A stretch of 64,000 nucleotides of DNA from Bacteroidota bacterium (lineage in GTDB: Bacteria > Bacteroidota > Bacteroidia > Bacteroidales > CAIWKO01). Positions 46,299-54,201 of the stretch are shown piece by piece. Position 1 is the stretch's first letter, and each line of letters begins with the position of its first letter. The DNA is taken from positions 1,547-65,546 of the forward strand of contig JBAXWF010000013.1 in the NCBI GenBank assembly GCA_037128515.1. Reading direction: 5' to 3'. The position numbers were made by a program, and so were the translations under genes. A model generated the notes under the pieces. The model saw only the letters and a list, made by a program, of their open reading frames with translations. It was not told the DNA's origin and ran no database searches.

Positions 46299-47030
46299 AT
46301 GAAAAAAGTATTGTTTCTTTTACTTGTTATTGGCCTTAGTGCTTGCCAGCATAAGGTTGAAATTAAAAACACGTATTTTGCTAATGGCAAAAAAAGCTCG
46401 GAATGGACTGAAGTGAATGGAATTAAACAAGGTCAGCTTGTTACGTTCTACGAAAACGGTAGAGTTCATGAGGTAACTAATTTTATTGATGGGTTGATGC
46501 AAGGGGCTCATAGTTGGTGGTATAAAAACGGAAAGATTGGTGCGTTGGATCAGTATGATAAAGATTTTGTGGATGGTCAGCAAGTTATGTGGGACTCGAA
46601 CGAGAATAAACTATCGGAATGGTGTTTTAGAGCGGGTAAATTTGATGGGTTGTGCCGTTCGTGGTTCAAGAGTGGCAAACTTGAAATTGAAGATAACTGG
46701 GTTATGGGAAAAAGAAACGGAACGCGAAAAGAATGGTATGAAAACGGACAAATGAAGTCGATTAATACTTTTAAAGAGGACAGTTTGGTGGGTGTGAATA
46801 AATTTTGGTATGAAAATGGTGAGTTGGCCAAGATATTGCCATTTAATGGTGTGGGATTGATGCATGGGATGGCAACCTATTTTTACCGTGATGGGAAAAT
46901 ACAATATAAATTAAGTTTTGTGAATGGCAAACAAGATGGCGAATGCTTGCAATACGATAGTATTAGTGGTAAACTTTTGAAAAGAACGGTTTATAAAAAC
47001 GGTGTTTTGGTGGGTGATGAAAAGAAGTGA
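46299..47030 (+). CDS. MORN/YwqK-type repeat lipoprotein
   Basis: Lipobox 'LLLVIGLSAC' from the ATG at 46299. Repeated 'G....W/Y.ENG......F..G...G' units. Confidence 0.65.
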   Translation: MKKVLFLLLVIGLSACQHKVEIKNTYFANGKKSSEWTEVNGIKQGQLVTFYENGRVHEVTNFIDGLMQGAHSWWYKNGKIGALDQYDKDFVDGQQVMWDSNENKLSEWCFRAGKFDGLCRSWFKSGKLEIEDNWVMGKRNGTRKEWYENGQMKSINTFKEDSLVGVNKFWYENGELAKILPFNGVGLMHGMATYFYRDGKIQYKLSFVNGKQDGECLQYDSISGKLLKRTVYKNGVLVGDEKK

Positions 47031-47059
47031 GGGTTTGTGTTGAGCACATTGAACTGCAA

Positions 47060-47096
47060 GTGCGAAGCCTTCCTTTGGGGTTTTGCACTTTTTTTT
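47060..47096 (+). terminator. Probable rho-independent terminator
   Basis: GTGCGAAGCC...GGGGTTTTGCAC hairpin followed by T8. Confidence 0.5.
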
Positions 47097-47172
47097 ACTT
47101 ATCAATAAAACTATAAAGCCATTGCAAAACGATGCTGTGTTGAATGAAAATTGGTAATTTGGAAAATAGTGA

Positions 47173-48651
47173 TTAATCTAAACTCCAGCTTGGCCCTTCT
47201 TTGGTATCCTTGATGGTGATGCTGAGTTTTTGGAGTTCGAGGCGTATTTTGTCGGATGTTGCAAAGTCTTTGTTTTGTTTGGCTTGTTGCCTAATGGAAA
47301 GTATGAGGTTCATTAAACCTTGGGTGGTTTGTGTGTCTTCGGTTGTGGTTTGGTTGGTTATGCCTAGGATTTGGAACATAAAATTTTTGAATGTGGTTGT
47401 GAAGCGTTGGAGGTCGGGTTGGGTGATGGTGAGTTTGTTTTCGTTTAGGAGGTTTATGTAGCGTGTGGAATCGAACAAATTGGCTATGAGGATGGGGCTG
47501 TTAAAATCGTCGTTCATGGCATCGTAGCATTTGGTTGTAAATGTGGTGATGAAGGTTTGGAGTTCGGCATCTGTTTGTTGTGCCGGAGCTACTTTGAGCA
47601 GGGTGTTGTGGGCGGTTAGCAATCGTTTTAGGGCTTTTTCGGCTGCTTGCAAAGCTTCATTGGAAAAATCTAATGTGCCGCGATAGTGTGCTTGCAATAT
47701 GAAAAAGCGTATGGTCATGGCGCTGTAGGCCTGAGTGAGCAAAGGGTGTTTGCCGGTAAAAAAGGCATCGAGGTTGATGAAATTGTTGAGGGATTTTCCC
47801 ATTTTTTGTCCGTTGATGGTAATCATATTGTTGTGCACCCAGTATTTGCATGGGTCGATGTGGTTGGCTGCTACAGATTGTGCGATTTCGGATTCGTGGT
47901 GGGGAAACAGCAAATCCATTCCGCCGCCATGAATATCGAAATGGGTGCCCAAATATTTTGCACTCATAGCTGAACATTCTAAATGCCATCCCGGAAAGCC
48001 GATGCTCCAAGGTGCTTTCCAACGCATGATGTGTTCTGGTGCTGCTTTTTTCCACAAAGCAAAATCGTAGGGGTTTTGTTTTTCGTTTTGTCCGTCGAGT
48101 TGTCGGGTGTTGGCATACAAATCGTCTAAAATGCGTCCCGAAAGTTTTCCGTATTGATGGCTTTGGTTGTATTTTTTCACATCGAAATACACGGAGCCGT
48201 TAGCAATATAAGCAAATCCTGCGTGAATTATTTTATGCACCATCTCGATTTGTTCGATGATGTGGCCGGATGCTTTGGGTTCGATACTTGGTGGCAACAC
48301 ATTTAAGCTGCGCATGGCCTCGTGATAGCGATTGGTGTAATATTGTGCCACTTCCATGGGTTCCAATTGTTGGAGTCGGGCTTTTTTTGCAATTTTATCT
48401 TCGCCTTGGTCGGCATCGTTTTCTAAATGTCCTACGTCGGTGATGTTTCGGACATAGCGTACTTTATACCCCAGATGGAGGAGGTATCGAAAGATGAGGT
48501 CGAAGGTGATTGCCGGGCGTGCGTGTCCCAAATGGGGATCGCCATAGACTGTTGGGCCGCAGACATACATGCCAACAAAGGGGGGATTGAGCGGTTCAAA
48601 TTTTTGTTTGGTGCGGCTAAGGGTATTATAGATTTGAATGTTTTGAGTCAT
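47173..48651 (-). CDS. cysS: Cysteinyl-tRNA synthetase
   Basis: '[15 protein letters not shown]' (HIGH), '[11 protein letters not shown]' (KMSKS), 'WHLECS'. I moved the start to the ATG at 48651. Confidence 0.93.
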   Translation of the reverse strand: MTQNIQIYNTLSRTKQKFEPLNPPFVGMYVCGPTVYGDPHLGHARPAITFDLIFRYLLHLGYKVRYVRNITDVGHLENDADQGEDKIAKKARLQQLEPMEVAQYYTNRYHEAMRSLNVLPPSIEPKASGHIIEQIEMVHKIIHAGFAYIANGSVYFDVKKYNQSHQYGKLSGRILDDLYANTRQLDGQNEKQNPYDFALWKKAAPEHIMRWKAPWSIGFPGWHLECSAMSAKYLGTHFDIHGGGMDLLFPHHESEIAQSVAANHIDPCKYWVHNNMITINGQKMGKSLNNFINLDAFFTGKHPLLTQAYSAMTIRFFILQAHYRGTLDFSNEALQAAEKALKRLLTAHNTLLKVAPAQQTDAELQTFITTFTTKCYDAMNDDFNSPILIANLFDSTRYINLLNENKLTITQPDLQRFTTTFKNFMFQILGITNQTTTEDTQTTQGLMNLILSIRQQAKQNKDFATSDKIRLELQKLSITIKDTKEGPSWSLD

Positions 48652-48776
48652 GGGAAAGAAATTTATACTGCAAAATAACATAATTTTATTGAATTGTTGA
48701 TTTTGCATCGCCGATTTCGATGCAATTAATTTGGTTAACCAAAAACCCCTACCTTTGCTTTGCTAAATGGGAAACA

Positions 48777-50015
48777 ATGATTGACTATTCGGAATTTAAA
48801 TTGGACAACGGATTGCAGGTGATTGCAAGCACCGACAGCGCAACACCGATGGTGGCAATGAACATTTTATACAAAGTGGGAGCCAAAGACGAGCAGCCCG
48901 ATAAAACAGGTTTTGCGCATTTGTTTGAACATTTGATGTTTGGTGGATCGGAGAACATACCCAGTTACGACACGCCGCTGCAAATGGCCGGAGGCGAAAA
49001 CAATGCTTTTACGAACAACGATTTTACAAACTATTATTTGAGCATTCCGCAACAAAACCTCGACACGGCTTTTTGGCTAGAATCAGACCGTATGCTGAAT
49101 TTGGCTTTCTCAGAAAAAAGCTTGGAGGTGCAGCGCAATGTGGTTATAGAAGAATTTAAACAACGCTATTTGAATCAGCCTTACGGCGATTTTTGGCTGT
49201 TGATGCGCCCATTTGTTTATACGGTTCACCCTTATCGTTGGTCGACTATTGGCAAAGATATAAGCCACATTGCCCATGCCACCATGAACGATGTGCGAAG
49301 TTTTTATGGAAAGTTTTATCATCCGCAAAATGCTATTTTGTCGGTGGTGGGTAATATTACCGAGAACTATGTGCGACAGTTATGCGATAGGTGGTTTGCC
49401 CCGATTCAAAAAGGCGAAGAAATGTTGCGCGATAATGCCAAAGAACCCGTTCAGCTTGAGCGAAAAAACATGCATGTGGAACGGGATGTGCCATTTGATA
49501 TGTTATGCAAAGCTTATCACATGTGTGCGCGCATGGATGCCGAATATTATGCCTGTGATATGCTATCGGATATTCTATCGAACGGAAATTCATCGCGATT
49601 GTATAACAAACTGGTGAAAGAAAAGAAACTTTTTGGCGAGATGGATGCTTACATTAGTGGCGATATTGACGAGGGTTTGTTTGTGTTTAGCGGCAAACTG
49701 ATGAAAGGCGTGACAATGGAACAGGCTGAAGCTGGCATTGACGAAGAAATTGAACACATAAAAACCCAAACACTGCCAGAGGCCGAGCTTTCTAAAATTA
49801 AGAACAAGATTGAATCGGCTATGATATTTGGCAACGAAAGTGTTTTGAACCGGGCTCTGAAACTTGCGGTGGCCAGCATGTTGGGGGATAGCGCGCTGGC
49901 CAATACCGAAATTGATAACTATTTGAAGGTTGATTCAACTGAGATAAAAGAAGTAGCCAATAAAATTTTAATCGATTCAAATTGCTCGGTACTATATTAT
50001 CATGCAAAAAAATAA
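48777..50015 (+). CDS. M16 (pitrilysin) family zinc peptidase, catalytic-type subunit
   Basis: 'GFAHLFEHLMFGGS' HxxEH motif. I moved the start to the ATG at 48777. Confidence 0.85.
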   Translation: MIDYSEFKLDNGLQVIASTDSATPMVAMNILYKVGAKDEQPDKTGFAHLFEHLMFGGSENIPSYDTPLQMAGGENNAFTNNDFTNYYLSIPQQNLDTAFWLESDRMLNLAFSEKSLEVQRNVVIEEFKQRYLNQPYGDFWLLMRPFVYTVHPYRWSTIGKDISHIAHATMNDVRSFYGKFYHPQNAILSVVGNITENYVRQLCDRWFAPIQKGEEMLRDNAKEPVQLERKNMHVERDVPFDMLCKAYHMCARMDAEYYACDMLSDILSNGNSSRLYNKLVKEKKLFGEMDAYISGDIDEGLFVFSGKLMKGVTMEQAEAGIDEEIEHIKTQTLPEAELSKIKNKIESAMIFGNESVLNRALKLAVASMLGDSALANTEIDNYLKVDSTEIKEVANKILIDSNCSVLYYHAKK

Positions 50016-50024
50016 TACACCCAC

Positions 50025-50420
50025 ATGAACCGAAATTTAGCTTTGGCATTTGTTGATGCCATAAACAGCCACAATACAGATAATATTTGCACACTCATGA
50101 CCCCTAACCATCTGTTTATTGATTCGCAAGGAAATGAATTCGAAGGGAAAGAATTTATGAAACAAGCATGGAAAAGTTATTTTGAGATGTTCCCCGACTA
50201 TCGTATTGAAATTAGCAGGGTGGTTGAAAACGATTCCAACATTGTTTTGCTTGGTTCGGCCCAAGGAACTTACAAAAATATGAAAAGCGATGATAACAGT
50301 ATGCATTGGAAAGTTCCTGCCGCTTTTAGGGCAGAATCTTCTAAAAACAAAATTAAACTCTGGCAGGTATATGCCGACAATACTTTTGCTTTTAACATAA
50401 TGAATAAACACCATGATTGA
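50025..50420 (+). CDS. SnoaL/NTF2-like small protein
   Basis: 131 aa; 'AFVDAINSHNTDNICTLMTPNHLFIDSQG' is typical of the NTF2-like cone fold. 8-nt overlap with the next gene. Confidence 0.5.
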   Translation: MNRNLALAFVDAINSHNTDNICTLMTPNHLFIDSQGNEFEGKEFMKQAWKSYFEMFPDYRIEISRVVENDSNIVLLGSAQGTYKNMKSDDNSMHWKVPAAFRAESSKNKIKLWQVYADNTFAFNIMNKHHD

Positions 50421-51699
50421 CAGAACCACCGCTCCGAAACTTAATGTAATAGACCAACTGGAAATCTCGAGCCCCGAACATGCTACACTGGACAATGGTA
50501 TTCCTGTGTTTTTGTTTGATGCCGGTGCGCAAGAAATTGTGCGAATTGATTTTTTGTTTGAAGCCGGAAGCCGCTATCAGCAGCATCCGCTTGTGGCAAG
50601 GTTTACTAATAAAATGCTTTCGGAAGGCACCAAAAGTTACACCGCTTTTGAAATTGCCGAAAAGCTTGATTATTATGGTGCGTATTTAGGCAAAATGGCT
50701 TTTAAGGATACCGGGATTGTGTGTATTTCGATGTTGAACAAACACATTGAAAATATATTGCCAATAATTGCTGAAATTATTACCGAGCCTGTTTTCCCCG
50801 AGAAAGAATTGCAAACCATATCAAAAAGAGCCAAACAAGCTTATATTGACGATAGGCTAAAAGTAAGCGAAATGGCTGCCATGCATTTCAATCAACAGCT
50901 ATTTGGTAAAAAACATCCGTACGGGAAAATTGTTGAAGTTTCGGATTTCGACCAAGTGAAACCCGAATATTTGAAGGATTTCCACAAAACCTATTATATA
51001 CCCGATTCGTGCAAAATTGTGGTTTCCGGAAAAGCTCCTGCCGATATTATGGCATTGCTGAATCGCTATTTCGGGCACTTTAAAACTACCGAAGTCGCAA
51101 GAGCCAAAGAAGCCGCTTTTACACTTAGCTCAGGGAATAAACATGAATTTATTGCTATGTCAAAATCGGTTCAGTCGGCTATTCGCATCGGAAACATTGG
51201 CATTAGCAAAAGACATGAAGATTATCCTGCATTTTTTGTTTTGAATACGATATTGGGTGGATATTTTGGTTCCCGTTTGATGAAAAATATTCGTGAAGAT
51301 AAAGGCTATACCTATGGGATATATTCCACAACAGTGCAGTTGCAGGAATCGGCTTTGTTTTTTATTTCAACAGAAGTAGGTTCGGATGTTTGCCATAATG
51401 CCATAACCGAAATTCATCATGAATTTGACCATCTGCGAAGCGAACTGGTGACCGAAACAGAACTTGATTTGGTAAAAAAATATTTATCGGGTAGTATTTT
51501 GCGCTCGTTCGATGGCCCTTTTCAAACAGCCGAACGTTTTAAAAATCTTTTGGAACTCAACATTGATTTTAAGAATTATTATTCGAACCTTATACATGTA
51601 ATCAACACTATAACAGCAAAGGATTTGATGATAACAGCACAAAAGTATTTTGTTGAAGAAGGCATGTTTGAGATGGTGGTTGGAAAAAAGACGGTTTGA
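50413..51699 (+). CDS. M16 family peptidase, non-catalytic-type subunit (no HxxEH)
   Basis: M16 N/C domain layout, 'LGGYFGSRLMKNIREDKGYTYG', partner of 48777-50015. Confidence 0.8.
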   Translation: MIDRTTAPKLNVIDQLEISSPEHATLDNGIPVFLFDAGAQEIVRIDFLFEAGSRYQQHPLVARFTNKMLSEGTKSYTAFEIAEKLDYYGAYLGKMAFKDTGIVCISMLNKHIENILPIIAEIITEPVFPEKELQTISKRAKQAYIDDRLKVSEMAAMHFNQQLFGKKHPYGKIVEVSDFDQVKPEYLKDFHKTYYIPDSCKIVVSGKAPADIMALLNRYFGHFKTTEVARAKEAAFTLSSGNKHEFIAMSKSVQSAIRIGNIGISKRHEDYPAFFVLNTILGGYFGSRLMKNIREDKGYTYGIYSTTVQLQESALFFISTEVGSDVCHNAITEIHHEFDHLRSELVTETELDLVKKYLSGSILRSFDGPFQTAERFKNLLELNIDFKNYYSNLIHVINTITAKDLMITAQKYFVEEGMFEMVVGKKTV

Positions 51700-51718
51700 A
51701 AATTACCTGAAAATTTGA

Positions 51719-52789
51719 ATGAGGAATCGGCAGGCACTATATATTTTTTTTGTATTCTCAGTACTCTTGAGTGCTTGTCAGCGCGACCTTTCGGATCCTT
51801 TTATCCCGAAAGATAAAAAATTTAAGACACAGTTTAAATACAGTAAATCGCAAAACAGAACCGTTGAAAACCATTCGGGATTTGCACGTAGAAAAGGCAA
51901 ATTTAGCGATACATTCGCTGCTGGAAAAAATGGGGGGGTGAAGAGTCACCGACAAGGCACCGATTCATACAGTTCAAAACCTGCAAGAAGCCGCTACACC
52001 CATAGCGCAAGCCATGACTCATACTCTAGCCGTAAGGTTATCAATAACAGACAAGGCAATAACCGAAATCATGATTCATTCAGCTCCCGAAAAAAACGCA
52101 GCGGCACAAATAGTTTCGGCAGCGATTCATACTCAAGGCGTGCTAATAAAACCCGGAAACAAAACCAATTCAGCAACTCGAAAAACCGCGTGGTGAATAA
52201 GGGTACTTTTGGCAAACAAAAAAATCAGTCGAATGATAACTTTTCGTTTAAAAGAAGTAAATCATCGGGTATGTTCCGATTTGATAAAAAAAACAACCGT
52301 ATTGTTACCAGTAAAAAATTAAGGCATTTCGACACGAAGAAACGGGAACGCGAAAGTGGTTCATTCAATGTAAAACGCCACAGTGCGTCAAGGCAATTTT
52401 CTTTTAATAATAAAAAGAAACTAGTAACGCGAAATAGATTTGTTTTAGGAGGCTTAAAGCGTTTCCGAAAGGGTTCGGATAGTTTTAGCGGTGGACAACA
52501 CCATAAAAGCGGAGAATTTGGCTTCAATCATAAGAAAAAACGTGTCAGCAAAAAGTTCGTGTTGTTTAAACCCCGCGATACGGATGCAGGCACTTTTGGC
52601 GGAAAAACACGCACCAAAAACTCCATGAATCAAAATTCGTTTAACGACAAAACCAAACGAACAAATCATAGCCGCGGAACCAAGCATAATTTATTTTCAG
52701 GAACAAAAAGAAAAAATCATAAGAAGAAAGAACGTGAAATGGATTTATTCGATCCTCAAATGAAACGACGTTTGAATTTTGGTCCGTGA
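51719..52789 (+). CDS. Polycationic low-complexity lipoprotein, unknown function
   Basis: Lipobox 'VLLSAC'. The rest is K/R/S/N/F/G-rich, with recurring 'DS(Y/F)S' and 'KKK/KKR' patches and few acidic residues. Confidence 0.5.
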   Translation: MRNRQALYIFFVFSVLLSACQRDLSDPFIPKDKKFKTQFKYSKSQNRTVENHSGFARRKGKFSDTFAAGKNGGVKSHRQGTDSYSSKPARSRYTHSASHDSYSSRKVINNRQGNNRNHDSFSSRKKRSGTNSFGSDSYSRRANKTRKQNQFSNSKNRVVNKGTFGKQKNQSNDNFSFKRSKSSGMFRFDKKNNRIVTSKKLRHFDTKKRERESGSFNVKRHSASRQFSFNNKKKLVTRNRFVLGGLKRFRKGSDSFSGGQHHKSGEFGFNHKKKRVSKKFVLFKPRDTDAGTFGGKTRTKNSMNQNSFNDKTKRTNHSRGTKHNLFSGTKRKNHKKKEREMDLFDPQMKRRLNFGP

Positions 52790-52820
52790 TTTTTTATTAT
52801 TTTCGCTTAAAATATTTGAA

Positions 52821-53519
52821 ATGGTAATTGACACATCAAAAAAAATCCCTGTATTGCTTTATCATCGGATTGTGGACAAAAAAGATGCCATTGGACGACA
52901 TAAAATCTATGTTTTTAAGGATACTTTTTATAAACAAATGTCGTACTTGAAAAAGCAAGGGTTTAGCTCAATATCTTTTGAAGAGGTTCATCAGGGGATT
53001 GTTGCCGAAAAACCTGTTATAATTACCTTCGACGATGGCTATGTGGATAATTATGAAATTGCATTTCCGATATTAAAAGAATTTGGTTTTAAAGCTGTCA
53101 TATTCATAGTTACACAACTGAAACGCAATGATTGGGGAATTGCAGAAGGAGAACCCGCATTAGACATGATGAATGAAAAAATGATACTGGAAATGCAGCA
53201 ATATGGAATTGAATTTGGTGGGCATACGATGTATCATAAAGACTTATTAAAGCTTAATGGAGATGAAGCTCGTAAAGAAATAGCCGGGTGTAAGGCCGAT
53301 ATTGAAAGAATACTTAATAAAAATATTTTAAGTTTTGCTTATCCGTTTGGTGCGATGAATGAGGAGATTAAACAGATGGTTGCTGATTGCGGATACTCCT
53401 TTGGTATTTCGACCAACACCGGTCCTGATAATTTTTTTGAAGATTTGCTGCAAATCCGTCGGAAAGAAATCCATCCTCAAACCAAAATGTTTTCATTCAG
53501 ACGTAAAATAAAAGTTTAA
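52821..53519 (+). CDS. Polysaccharide deacetylase (NodB homology domain)
   Basis: 'VIITFDDGYVDNY', 'GGHTMYHKDL', 'FAYPFG'. I moved the start to the ATG at 52821. Confidence 0.8.
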   Translation: MVIDTSKKIPVLLYHRIVDKKDAIGRHKIYVFKDTFYKQMSYLKKQGFSSISFEEVHQGIVAEKPVIITFDDGYVDNYEIAFPILKEFGFKAVIFIVTQLKRNDWGIAEGEPALDMMNEKMILEMQQYGIEFGGHTMYHKDLLKLNGDEARKEIAGCKADIERILNKNILSFAYPFGAMNEEIKQMVADCGYSFGISTNTGPDNFFEDLLQIRRKEIHPQTKMFSFRRKIKV

Positions 53520-54115
53520 TGCTGAAATCTTGGTATAAAAGAAACACCATTGAAGCCGGCTGCGATGAAGCAGGGCGAGGATGTATAGCAGGGCCGGTAT
53601 TTGCTGCTGCGGTTATATTACCGGCGAATTATATAAACGAGGGATTAAACGATTCTAAACAGTTGTCGGAAAAGAAACGCGACCAATTGCGACTGGAAAT
53701 TGAGCAGGATGCTTTGGCATGGGCAGTGGAATTGCTTGATAATACAATTATTGATGAAATTAATATTTTGAACGCATCAATACGAGCTATGCAGGAAGCA
53801 GTGAAAAAACTGAGTTTACGACCTGAATTATTACTGATTGATGGGAACCGTTTTAAGTCTTTTGATAACATTCCACATGTATGCATTATAAAAGGCGACG
53901 GAAAATTTATGTCAATTGCTGCCGCCTCTATTCTGGCTAAAACCCATCGCGACGATTATATGAAAAGGCTTCATCGTGATTTCCCGAATTACAACTGGGC
54001 TCAAAACAAAGGCTATCCAACCCGCAATCATAAAAATGCTATTAACCAATATGGAATTACAAGCTACCATCGAAAAAGTTTTAACCTTAACGAACAAATG
54101 AGAATAAATTTTTAA
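53519..54115 (+). CDS. rnhB: Ribonuclease HII
   Basis: 'GCDEAGRGCIAGPVFAAAV', 'DSKQLS', 'LLIDGN', 'ASILAK'. Confidence 0.9.
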   Translation: MLKSWYKRNTIEAGCDEAGRGCIAGPVFAAAVILPANYINEGLNDSKQLSEKKRDQLRLEIEQDALAWAVELLDNTIIDEINILNASIRAMQEAVKKLSLRPELLLIDGNRFKSFDNIPHVCIIKGDGKFMSIAAASILAKTHRDDYMKRLHRDFPNYNWAQNKGYPTRNHKNAINQYGITSYHRKSFNLNEQMRINF

Positions 54116-54201
54116 GTTTCGAATACCGATTTTTTTGTTGCCTGAATTTCAAAAATATTAATTTTACAGAACGATTTAGCGTACTCTTATCAATTAGTCA
54201 A

